Origin: Thecamonas trahens ATCC 50062
Taxonomy: Eukaryota > Protista > Apusomonadida
Reading direction: 5' to 3'
Assembly: GCF_000142905.1 (NCBI RefSeq)
Contig: NW_013657653.1
Coordinates: forward strand, 124,001-188,000
DNA length: 64,000 nucleotides
Each line of letters starts with the position of its first letter. The first letter of the stretch is position 1. Below the pieces are notes generated by a model. It saw only the letters and a program-made list of their open reading frames with translations. It searched no databases and had not been told where the DNA came from. Of the stretch, positions 33,314-45,000 are shown piece by piece. Position numbers and translations under genes: made by a program.

Positions 33314-33510
33314 ATGGCATCGCTGAGACCGCGGGTCGAGTTTGGGTCGCTGCCCGACTCGCAGAGCGTCGAGGTGGCGGCGGCAGGGCTTGTGGCGCGG
33401 TTTGCGGATATGACCAACCCGCATGTGGTGCCCGATGTTCTGAAGGCAGCGACGACATGGCTGGGTGCGCTGCAGGCGTCGACGGAAGCGTGGCCGGTAC
33501 TGACATACGC

Positions 33511-33541
<31 letters not shown>

Positions 33542-36226
33542 GCTGCGCTGCTGTTTTGTGCGCAGATGTTGGCTAACAAGGTGCAATATGCGTACCACGA
33601 GCTGGGGGCTGTCGAGGCGCGGTCGAGCCTGCGGACAAAGGTGATGGAGCTGCTGGGGCGGTACGCCGAGGCCGAGTGGGAGGATGTGGAGACGCGCAAC
33701 AAGCTTGTGGAGCGGCTCTGCATCGCGCTCGCCAACGTGGCGGTGCAGATGATCGAGTGGACGACGCCAATTGCCGACGTGGTGGCCGGCTTTGGCGAGT
33801 CGCCTGCACTCTCGTTTGTGCTCCTGCGGTTCCTGGCGGTCTTTCCGGAGCAGGTGAAGGACGGGCGGAACCCCGTGATCTTCAACCGCAAGATCCAGCT
33901 GGCCAACTACCTGGAGGCTGCGTCTGAAGACGTGCTCAACCTTCTGCATCAGTTTCTGAACATGGCCAGCGAGCCTGATGCGCAAATGGCGCTGCTTGTG
34001 GCGTTCCGGTCGTGGCTGACTGCCGGCGAGCTGCCGCGCGACCGGTTGCTCACCTCGCCACTTGTGGAGCTTGCGTTTGAGGCCACCAACCGGCCCGAGC
34101 TGTTCGAGGCTGCGCTGGCGACGCTTGCCGAGCTTGTCAAGTACACAACCGAGACCGGAACGGAGCCCGGGAACGAGGTGGCGCTTGCAGTGCTGGACAA
34201 CTCGCTTGCACTCAGCCCTGCGCTTGCGGGCGTGCTGAATGGCGACATCGAGCCGGGCCCACTGGCCGAGGCAATCATCCGGTTTTTCATCGACGTGGGC
34301 GAGAGCTACGTGGTGCTTGCGGCACGCGGGCACGAGCCTGCCCTGGCTGCGGTGGAAATGGTACTGGCCATCAACTGCGCGTCAACAACGTCGCTGCAGC
34401 ATGTGGAGGCGACGATCATGTTCTGGTACCTACTCGCCGAGGAGGTTAACCAGTTGCAGTCGGCCAAGCACACGGCTGCGTTTGCCAAGACGTTTCAGTC
34501 ACTGCTGGCGTCGCTGGTGGAGCGTGCGGCGTACGGGCCCAATGCCGACAACGAGAGTGACGAGGCGCTGTTTGATTTTATCACCTTCCGGACGCGGCTC
34601 GGCTCGCAGATGCTGCGCGACATCTGCCTGGTGCTGAGCGGGCACGGGGTGCTTGCAGAGCTGTGCTCGATCCTGCACGGGCTGCCCGAGGTGTACCACG
34701 ACGAGGCGGGCCGGCTTGTGGGCTGGCAGCCTATCGAGGCGCTGCTGTTTGGCATCAATGCATTGGCATCCGAGGTAAGCGCCGAGGAAAACGAGCTGCT
34801 GCCGGGTCTGCTGGAGTGGCTTACGAGCCTGCCGCTCCATGAGCGGCTCTCGACCTCGATCCTCATTGTGTTTTCGTCGTATGCGCGGTGGCTCAAGTAC
34901 CACCCGGAGCAGCTCGGTACGATTGTCGAGTACACGGTCGAGCTTGTCTCACAGCCGATGGTGCAGGAGGTCGCAGCGACGACGCTCAAGTGCATTTGTG
35001 ACGACTCTGCGGTGTACCTCGGAGCCAACTTTGAGCAGCTGGGGCAGATGTTTCTCGACGCGCTGGACGGTGAGTGCTCGCATCTGACGCGAGCGGAGCT
35101 ACTCCGCGCCTGCGGGTTTGTCATTTCCGAGATGGAGGTGGAGAAGGCAGTTGCAGCGATGGCACAGATGTACGAGCCGATTTCGGAGCGGATTGTGGCG
35201 CTGTGCGAGAGCCTGTCTGCCGGGAGTGGGTCGGACCAGTCTGTGTCGCAGCTGCAAGAGCTCCTTGCGCTTGTGCACTCGCTGGTGCAGGCGTGCTACG
35301 TGCCAGACGAGAACTATGTACACATTGTGCAGACGCTGGGCATTGCGTTTATGCGCGGGACGTGGGGCCTCATGTCTGCCGTCCTCGAGCTCTGCTCCGA
35401 GGTGGAGACCGTTTGCGAGACGATTTGCGGTGGAGTGCTCAAGTACGCTATTAAGGCGACGGGCGTCGAGTTTCTGGAGTTTCTGGAGCCGATTCTGGAG
35501 GCTATGCTTGAAGGCTATCGGGCGCAGCCGTTTTCATGCTACCTGTACGTGGTGTACATGCTTATGGCACGGTTCTGTGCAGCGTCTGAGCTCGAAGAGC
35601 TCATCACCAGCAAGCTCTCGGCGTTTTCTGTCATCACCTTTGAGCGACTCCAGCAAGAGAACGGGTTTGTCATGCACCCGGAAGTGGTCATGGAGTACTT
35701 TGAGATTGTCGTTGCGATCTTGCGGCGTGTGCCGCGGCTGGTGGTGGCGGATAGCGAGCTGCTCCGGACGCTGCTGGACTGCGGCCTAGTGGGCCTCAAA
35801 GTCGACCACGTGCCGGCGTGCCGGGCGGTGCTGGCGTTTGTCGACCACATTGTCGTCTGCGCGCTTGGCACAAACAAGGGCGAGAAGCTCAGCGGCGAGC
35901 TACACGAGCTTGTCCTACGAACGCTCGACGAGTACGGACCGTCGATCTCGTCTGCGCTCGTCCTCACCGTTGTCCACAAGCTCGCTGACCTTGAGACCGA
36001 GATTGCCGCCGTCCTCCTCTCGTTCCTTCAGCTTGACGTGGTCAAGTTCTGCACCTGGATGTACGACGTCTTGGACCTCATTCCAGACTCGCTGGTCACA
36101 CCGCAGAACAAGCACGAGCTGATGGAGCATCTGGCCAAGTCGCAGTCGCGAGCAGAGGTCTCAGTCATCATGAAGGAGCTGGCGGTTCTTTACCGCATGC
36201 GGGCAGAGGCGCCTGGTGCGCGTTGA
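33314..36226 (+). CDS. TNPO3: Importin-beta family protein, transportin-3/Mtr10 type
   Basis: WLGALQASTEAW, LFCAQML..KVQY..HEL, LCIALA, FWYLLAEE, WQPIEALLF, YARWLKYHPE, QPFSCYLY, HPEVV.EYF; HEAT-like helices over ~970 aa. Importin-13 not fully excluded. Confidence 0.85.
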
Positions 36227-36303
36227 GAGCTAGCTGGCCAAGCCTTTTGTCGGGGGGCAGTCGTGAGAGATAAAGTGTGGATGCCACAGCGAGATGCAAC
36301 GGC

Positions 36304-37827
36304 TCACGACGAGAGTTGCGACACGCGGAGCGTCGATGATGCGATCGGCGAGGTAGAAGAGGATGCGGCAAACGAGGCCGACATTGAGGCTGCGCGGGAA
36401 GAGGCAGATGCGGGACCGGCCGCGCGAGTCGACGTCGGCGCTGGTCGGCGAGTGGCGGCAAGTGATGAGGCCGCCAGCTCAGCACCCTTGGTCAGAGTGA
36501 AGCAGGCAGTCTTTTCGCGATAGGTGGTGGTGTAGGTGGAGGCGAGGCGGCCAAAGCCTGCGACGGCCGATGCCGAGTCCGAGGCGGCACGCGAGGCCTT
36601 GGACCGCGAGCGCGGCGGCGTTGCCCACGACGGGAACGGTGAGTCCCACGATGAGAGCGACATAAACGCCGGCAGGTTCTTGGACTCGGCAGCTTTGGCG
36701 CGAGCAGGTGAAGCGTGGATCCGGTCCATCATGGCGGCCTTGTCAGCGGAGCGCAGAGTGGAGACGAGCTGAAAGTAAGACGGCGCGCGCGACTGGTCAA
36801 GGTCCATCGAGGCCATGAGCGCAGCCGATGGCTTGTCAGTGGCAGAAGCGGCGGCAGCACGCCAGACGTGCGGCGTACCGCCAACTGATGCCCGGCGACC
36901 GAGCGGGTGGCGGTCGATGTGGCTGAGGCGATGAGCCCTAGCTGCCAGGTCGTGTGCGGCCGGGGCGCGGGGCGCGGCCGCATCGTCGAGAACCCGATCG
37001 ACGTAGGCGAGGGTGCTATGTGGCGAGGGGTTTGCCAGCGAGCCATGCTCTTCAGGAGCGGAGCGGCGGCGAACAAGGGTCGGCACGCTGTACGCGGCAT
37101 AGGCCGCGTCTCCGCGCGGGCGGCTGCGGGTGCGCGGCTCGATGGGCTCGAAAAGGTCGTCGATCGAGTACTCGGGGTTGAGCTCGGACTCGATAGGCGG
37201 CGCCGGCGGGCGTGGGAGTAGGACGCGCAGCAGGTGCCGCGGGTCGTCTGCGCCGGCGGCGGCAGCGGCGGCGGCAGCAGCAGCAGCCTCGTCCTCATCG
37301 GGCTCGAGAGTGATGGGCCCAGGCCCAGCGTTGAGCTTTGAGAGGACGGTGTGTGGGTCGATGGCGCCGATGGGCAGCTCGGCGGCAATGGCCGCGGCCG
37401 CGGCCGTGGCCTCGGCTTGGCGGGTGGTGCCCTCGCGAATGGGCGAGACGGCAAACTGCAGCTCGGCGAGACAGCGCGAGAAGGGCTTGACGACCCGGGC
37501 GTGCTTTGGCGTGGCCGTTGCCGACGCCGAGCCCGGAGCGGCAAATGACGAGAGCGACGACGGGGCAATACCAAGCGCGGTCATTCGCCGCTTCGCCGCA
37601 GGTGAGAGTCGTGATGCTGCTTGCATTGATGCCGAGATGTCGGATGAGCCCGGGTGTGGGCTTCGCCGCATGCCGGGTGGTGCGCGCGGGTGAGGTAGGT
37701 GGGCCGGTGGCGGGGAAGGCTGGGCAGGATCGACCGCCGTTAGCCAACGGTCTGCGGAAGGAGAGAGGAAACTGTAAAAAAACTCTATTTGTGATGACGA
37801 CATGGAGGGCGACATGGAGGGCGACAT
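36304..37827 (-). CDS. Uncharacterised low-complexity Ala/Ser/Pro-rich protein
   Basis: Long ORF with typical codon bias, convergent on the transportin gene. Start uncertain (three ATGs inside a 12-nt tandem repeat at 37801-37830). Confidence 0.55.
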   Translation of the reverse strand: MSPSMSPSMSSSQIEFFYSFLSPSADRWLTAVDPAQPSPPPAHLPHPRAPPGMRRSPHPGSSDISASMQAASRLSPAAKRRMTALGIAPSSLSSFAAPGSASATATPKHARVVKPFSRCLAELQFAVSPIREGTTRQAEATAAAAAIAAELPIGAIDPHTVLSKLNAGPGPITLEPDEDEAAAAAAAAAAAGADDPRHLLRVLLPRPPAPPIESELNPEYSIDDLFEPIEPRTRSRPRGDAAYAAYSVPTLVRRRSAPEEHGSLANPSPHSTLAYVDRVLDDAAAPRAPAAHDLAARAHRLSHIDRHPLGRRASVGGTPHVWRAAAASATDKPSAALMASMDLDQSRAPSYFQLVSTLRSADKAAMMDRIHASPARAKAAESKNLPAFMSLSSWDSPFPSWATPPRSRSKASRAASDSASAVAGFGRLASTYTTTYREKTACFTLTKGAELAASSLAATRRPAPTSTRAAGPASASSRAASMSASFAASSSTSPIASSTLRVSQLSS

Positions 37828-38134
37828 GGAAGGCGATGGGACACGAGAGTGAGGCAAGTGGAAAGGGGGGGGGGGAGGAAGGGGGGGGGGGGGGTCGTAA
37901 GGCTTTGCGGTGGTGGTTTGGGGACTATGGGCAGTGGGGGCAGCGATGGCTTGGAGGGAGGAGGGAGGAGGGAGAGTTGGGGGTGATGCGCACATGTGCG
38001 GCTGTCAACAGCACCTGGATGTCACGTGGGCTTGGGCCAATGGCTTGGAGGTACCAAAACCGGGCGGCTTCACGGCCACTGGCAGAGAGGCGAGTAAGAA
38101 GACACCTCTTCTCGCGCAAGTACAGGTACAGACA

Positions 38135-39003
38135 ATGATGAGCGAGAGGACGTACGCACAGGAGCGGAGTCCACTGGTGGCGGGCAAGGGCGTTGGGCCG
38201 GGGTGCAGAGCGGTGACGCGGCCGGCGACAAGGAGCCAACGCCTTCGCTGTGGCGCAAGGTACTGGCGGAGACGTTTGGCACGACGATGCTAGTGACGAT
38301 TGGATGCGGGGCGCTGGCGTCGAACGGGGCGGGCCTCTCTACGCTTGTGCCTGCGTGGGCGTTCTCGGGCGTGGTCATGGCCATGATCATGTCGCTGGGT
38401 GGGATCTCGGGAGCGCACCTCAACCCCAACGTGAGTCTGGCGTGTGTGGTGCTGCAGACGCTGACGGTGGTGGAAGGCGTGGCGTTTATGGCGGCGCAGA
38501 TGGTGGGCGGGGTGTTGGGCGCGGCGTTTCTGTGGCTTGTTCTTCCGCCGTCGACAGACCCAGGCATGCCTGATCTGGCAGTCTCGTGCACCCGACTTGC
38601 GCCGCGGATGCACGGATGGCAGGGCATGCTTGTAGAGGCGGTTGGCACGTGCCTGCTGGTCACGGTGGTGCTTGTGGCCGACGTCCATCGGCCGTCGAAG
38701 CGCGACTCGACGCTCTCGGGCCCGCAGGGTGTGATGCTTGCGCTGATGTCGATCATTCTGTTTGCTGGTCCGCTCACTGGCGCGGGCCTCAACTACGCAC
38801 GTGTCTTTGGTCCTGCACTTATTTCTTCTGGCGATTGCTGGGACAACCACTGGCTATGGCCGGTTGGTGAGGCGCTTGGCACGCTGCTCGGCGTGGCGGT
38901 GGCGGTCACCATTGTGCCGGGGCTCTGGCGGCGGGTTCTTCCCACCAAGAAAGAGCCTGCGGTGGGGATGACCAACATGGCGTACGCCGCGACGCAGGCT
39001 TGA
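38135..39003 (+). CDS. Aquaporin (MIP family) with non-canonical NPA boxes; frameshift at ~38200
   Basis: LAETFGT, ISGAHLNPNVSLA, LVEAVGT, TGAGLNYARVFGPA, HWLWPVG. ATG at 38135 joins ORF 38203 if one G is added to GGGG. Confidence 0.92.
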
Positions 39004-39035
39004 TCGGGGGTAAAACAGTTTAGTGACGTGTCGAC

Positions 39036-42000
39036 TTAGATCCGGCTGCCTATCGACGACCACTCCTCGTCCGAATTCTCGAGGACTCGCGGCTGCGAAC
39101 CAACAAGCAGCGAAGCTGAGGCATCCAGCTGATCTGTGGAGAAGACCTTGGACCGGGACCAGGCCGCAAGCCGCTGCATGCCGGACATCTCGCGAGTGAG
39201 GACGACGCTTGACGAGTGGTCCGACGGGTCGGAGAGCTGGGCATTGGAGCGCGGGGCTCTCGGTGAGCCGAGAGCGGACGAGTCAGCCGAGGCAATGCTC
39301 GAATCTGAGACCTGAGCGGTCATGCCGGGCGATACGTTGAGGGCACGGAGAACGGTAGACTTGGTGAGGACCGCACCGGCCGGAGCAGCGTCGACCGAGC
39401 CGACGTCAGCGCGGCGCGCGCGGGCGCGCGCGGTGTCGTCCATGACAGGTGCGTGACGGGCGCCTCGGGTAAGTGCGTCGAGATCGCACTCGACGATGGC
39501 ATCCGAGGCAGCGCTCATGGCGGTCGACGCAGCTGAGGTGAGGTGCGAGGCCTCCGCGTCTGAGCGAGCTGAGGCGATCGAGCGCGAGCGCATGGCAAAG
39601 AGAATGACGACAACGATGGCGGCGATGGCGACAACGACACCAGCGAGGATGGCCCAGCCAAAGTTTGTCTTGGCGCCAGAGCCAGATGCGCCGTTGAGCG
39701 GAATGCCGACCGGCGGGCCGGTGGCGAGCGAGACGGCCGAGGAGCCGGCCTCGAGCTCGGACGCGGCAGTGTAGCCGGCGGCAAGCGCTACGTCTCCGGT
39801 GAGAAGGAGGTCGAGAGCGCAGGCATCGATGAGCGCTTGCGTGCCGACAAACTGGGCGCAGGTGGCCGATGCCGAGTCGACTTGGTCTTGCGGCCAGGCT
39901 GAGAGCGAGAACTGCGCGGCGGCGGCCGGTGAGGGACCACAAGGTCGGCGGTGCCCGGTAGGGCGTCGTTTCTGGCGCGCCACGAGTTGACAAAGGTGCT
40001 CGAGTAGATGAAGGCGGTGTTGTCGGGCGAGCCAAGCGAGCCGTCGGAGGCCTTGATGTCATTGCTCTCATCGCCGTCGGGAGTGCCGAGGAGGCCGAAG
40101 ATCTGACCCTGGGTAAAGGCCGGGATGACCGGACGGATGTACAAGTACTGGACGTTGTACGACGAGGCAAGGACGTTGACCTTGAGGCCGAATCCACCAG
40201 AGCCGATGTAGTCAACCTGGAGGCGGAGCGCGGCGGCTGCGTCGATAGCGCCGGACCAGCCGTAGCTGATGCGAACGGTGGCGCGGGCGGCATCGCCAAC
40301 ATCGAGTTCGCCGTCAAGCGGCGCGCCGGGAGCGACGGCTGCCGACGTGTCGAGCGTTTGCCACTCGGCGGCGCCAGGCAAGCGGAGGGCAATGCGCGGC
40401 CAGGCAATCGGGAGGCCAGGGGCCGGCGGGTCGGTGCGGATGATGGCAACGGCCGGGCGGCCGGCGAGCGAGACGCCAGCGCCGGCGTTAACGGCAGCAG
40501 AGCCAGCTGCGGCGATGCGGGTGGTGGCCGAGTAGTCACGAGTCCCGGTGAGGACAAAGTCGCCCGAGGCCTGGAACGACCAGTCGAGGCCATCGTACGA
40601 GCGGATGTGCGGGTCGCCGTAGGCAGCGGCAAGCGGAATGTCGGCGCAGGCGTAGGGATACGGCAGGACCGAGACCTCGTCGACAACAAGCGCGCCGGTG
40701 TGGAAGCGGTGCATGACGTAGACGGTAAGGGCAACAACAGGCTCGTCGTAGCGAACCGAGCCGGTGATCATGGAGGCTGCGGTAGTGCCAGGCTTGATGG
40801 CCACGTGCTTGCCGTAGTCCCACTCGCCCGACTCGAGCTCGGCGTCGATGTAGATGGACAAGTACGGGGCGTAGCCATCCGAGACGGCGTCGGTCGTCAC
40901 CTGCGCCGCGATAAAGAACGCAGTCTGCGGAGACGCGAGCTCAACGCGCTGGCCAACAATGATGTCGTCGGACGAGTCGCTGTTAACCAGACTGAGTGCC
41001 GAACCGGTGTGGACAAGCTCGCCGCCCGAGTTGCCCATGTACGGCGCCCAGGTTCCGATCATGCCAGCCTCGACCGGGGCGAGCGGCTCGTCAAAGCTTG
41101 GGTTGGCGAGGATGTTGAAGCCCGACGTCGCAGGGTCCATGCACGTGCCGTCAGCCGTGGAGCGGGTAGGCACAACGGCAAGCTCGATGCCGCGAATGAA
41201 AGCGAGGTCGTCAGACGCGGTGTTGGAAACCATGAGAATAATCTCCTTGACGCCGGCGGGAACGCCGATGTCGAACCGGCCGGTGGCAATGTTGCCCGAG
41301 AGGGTGAGGCCCGGGAGCCATCCATCAAAGACGGCGGTGAGGACTACCGAGCTCCCGACCTTGGCTTCGTAGCCAATGGTGAGTACAGCGCGGCCAGCGT
41401 GGGAGAGGATAGGGTCTTCGACGTTGAAGGTGGCCGAGAGGGAGGTACCAGCAGTGATGGAGATGGCCGGGACATGTGAGAGCGGAGCGAGAGCATTGGC
41501 GCCGACAGCCCAATCAGCAGGCGCGTCGAGCGTGAGCTGGGCGGGCACGAGATTGAACGGCGCGGCGGCCGGATCGATCATATTCCACGACCGCTTGCCG
41601 CTGCCGCAGACGCCGGCCGAGCCGCAAAGCTGCGAGAGACGACGGAGGAGGACGCGGCCGCCATCGACGCCGTCGACGCCGACCATGCGAGTGGTGGCAC
41701 AGCTAAGATCGGCGGTGACCGAGACAAGAGCGTTCGAGGCACAAGGCTTGCCCTCGGGAGTAATTCCGGTACCATCGGCGAGAATGAGACACGACGCGCC
41801 CCACGCGCAAGTTGCCGAGAAGCTGTCAAAGGTCGAGGCGGCCGATGCAGCAGCACCAGCTGAGCAGAGCTTGGCGGCGAGCGCGTGGTAGACCTCACCC
41901 GAGTTGGGCGCAACCTCCCATCCGCACGGAAGCTCGGAGAGCGGAGTCGGGTCCGCCGTCGCCGCATTGCAGTCAGTGCCGTAGTCGTCACCCTCAAAGA

Positions 42001-45000
42001 CGGCGTACTCGTAGCAGCCGATCGAGGTGAGACCAGCAAGGGACGGCGGGTTGCGGGAGATGACGGCGTACGGCTCGCTGACGCCCAAAAGACGGGCACC
42101 CTGGTTGACGCCAGCGCACGATCCGCCGGGCACAAAGGTGACCGAGCCGGTGAGGCCGCCGCTAAGGTCGCACGAGGCGCAGGCCGCGGCCGCATCGCTG
42201 GGGGTGAGGACGAGGGATGCAGTGGCAGAGGCCGCAAGCTCGAGCGCAAGCGCAGGATCGGCGGTGATGACAAGCGACCTCTCGTTGGGGCTGACCTCGA
42301 GCTGGGCGCCGACAAGCGCAGCAGTAGCCGCAAATGATGAAGTGTCAAAAGCGTAAGGCATGCCCGCGTCGAGATCAAGGGTGATGACGATGGCAGCGGC
42401 GGCAGCGTCCGAGTAGGCGAGGTCAAAGCCGCGGACGTGTGCAAGAGAGAGGTCGACGAGAGCCGAGCCGTCGGTGGCGGCGGTGGCACGAAGGCCGAGG
42501 GAGAGCGCGGGCGCGGCGCGGGTGGCGACGATGCCCGGGTAGGTTGCCGGAGCGGCGGCGTGCCAGAGAGTGGCGGAGAGCGGCAGGTCTGGTGCGGTCG
42601 ACGGAGCCCAGTCGTTAAGCGGAAGACGGAAGTCGGGCACAAGGTGGGCTCGAACAGTGATGACAAGCTCATTGTCGGCCGGATCGGCAGAGGCCGGGCG
42701 AACGATAAGCGGCGCGACCGGAGTGAGATCGAGCGAGCGCGCGTCCGGGGTAAGCGGGATGTCGGCGTCGACGATGCCCGCAAACGAGGCGGAGAGCACA
42801 GCCGACTCGAGGACCCAGGTCTCATCGATGTCGAGGGTGAGTGTAGCTGGCACCATTGTCCCGTGCGGGAGCGTGGCGGTCAAAGTCAGGTCGACTGACT
42901 CATAAGCGAGGACCGGGAAGAGGCGAGCGGCCGAGGCACTCGCGCATGTGGTGGAGATCTCGAGCGGGCGAGCGACAAGCGGGGTGATGGCGACCGAGTG
43001 GGCGGCGACGGCACCATGGGTGAGCGTCGGCGGGACGACTTCCGGCTGGCAGACCGGTGCGGTAGGGGCCAGTGAGCGAGCGCGGTAGGCGACGTCGAGC
43101 TCGATAGGAAGGACAAACGAGTCGCCGATGGGCACCGAGTCCGGCAAGGTAGCCACAAAGGTGCAGACAATGGCGTCGTGGGGGCTAGCGAGGCCAAGTC
43201 ATAGCTGAAGAGGGTGGCCGAGGCCGAAGTCGGGACAAGGGCGCTGGCTGACTCGATGGGAGTGTCGTCGAGGTGGAGGACGCAGTCAACGGCAACGTAG
43301 TCGGGCTTGGCGACGGTAAAGACAAGGTCGTAGGCGGGTGCCAGCGGGTGCCAATCGATGGTCTTGTGCTCCGTCGTCGAGGTCCAGGTCAGGACGTCGC
43401 CGGCCTGGTAGGTGTCTAGCGCAACCGCCGAGTCGAGCGCCGGCTGCGAGATGCCGAGCGTCGGCGAGATGACGACCTGTGTGGGCGAGGTGCCTGCCAC
43501 GGAGAGCACGTTGCTTGACGAGGCCGAAGTAGTGTAGGCGTACGAGGCAAAGAGCGCGACGTACGAGCCCTGGGCAGCGTCAGCATCAACGACGGTAGTG
43601 ACGGTGATGGTGATGACGTCGCCGGGAGTCTCGGCATTGTTGGGGTTGTTGATGATGGCGTCGGGATGCGAGCCGTCGTAGAGCGGGATGGAGAGCATGC
43701 CCCACGAGGTGACCGGCGGGACATCAAGCGAGACGCCGTCGAGGGAAGTCGGCGAGCTGATGGAGGCCGAGCCCGAGATGATGGTGAGCGGGCCGCCGAC
43801 ACCGACGTAGAGGTGCGGGTTGTGGTTGACACCCTCGGGGAGGAAGATGCTGATCTGGAAAGTGAGTTCCTCTGAAGGCGCGACGTAGGGAAGGTCGTCA
43901 GTGCCAAGGCAGGCATCAACAATGTCGACAGCGACGACAGCGGCAGCGAGGGTCCGGTCAAGGGTGACTGGGTCGGGCGCGTAGGTTTGCAGGCAGCCAA
44001 TGGCGGTGGGCGCCGGCGCAGCCGCAAACGTGCGCGCGGCCGTGTAGGTGACGACAGCGCCAGACGGCGCTGACTCGGCGATGACGCCAGGCAGCGCCAG
44101 GACTGAGATGTCACCCGGGTCGAGTCGCGGGTAGAGGAGAGTGACGATGTTGCCGTCGGTGGTGATGGACGACGGCGCTGGTCCGGAGCGGTGGGCGAGG
44201 TCGGCGACGTCAAAGGTGTGGTACTCGGGAATGGTGACAGGTGACACGGATGGCGACGTCGAAGGCCGGGGTGTGGCGAGCGATGGGGACCGAGACCGCG
44301 AGGTCGAGGGTGATGGTGTCGAGAGCGTCACCGATGATCGTCGGCGTCGACGAGAGGGCGACATCAACGTCAGGCTGAACAACGTCCAAGTGGTAGCGCG
44401 AGGTCACGCGCGCGCCTGACGACGTGATGGCACGGGCCCTGACCGAGACGCGGCTCGGAATGGTTTGCGGATCGGCGGAAGCGTCAAGCCAAAGAGTGAC
44501 GACAAAAGAGATCTTGTCGCCGTCAGAAACAACGTTGTCGGGAGCATTGGTGAGCGAGCCGAGCTCGATGGTGGCGGCCGAGCCAGCAGCGTTGATGGTA
44601 GCTGACGCGCCAGACCAGGAGATGGTCGGCGGGTCCGGGGTGGGACAATCGATTCGATGACGAGGATGCCTGCGGCAGACGAGGCAAACTCAATTTGGGT
44701 GTCGGGCGAGACACCCTCAGGCAGGAGGATGTCGAGAGTGACGGTTGCCGACTCGCAGGGCGCAAGGTCAAATTTGCCAGACCGATCCGCGGCCTTGGCG
44801 GTAAAGTCAAACGAGGTCTCGCCGTCGCGCCAGGCGAACGACGGCGAGGCGATGGTGACCTGCGCGGCAGTGGACGAAGGAGAGACGCGGCGAGTGCTGA
44901 GCGGAGCAGCAGCAGTGCCGTCGTAGCCCGCGGGCGCTGCGGCGGGCGCAGCGCAAGTGGCGCCCGCGCTGACCGAGTCGATGACATAGGCGTCAAACGA

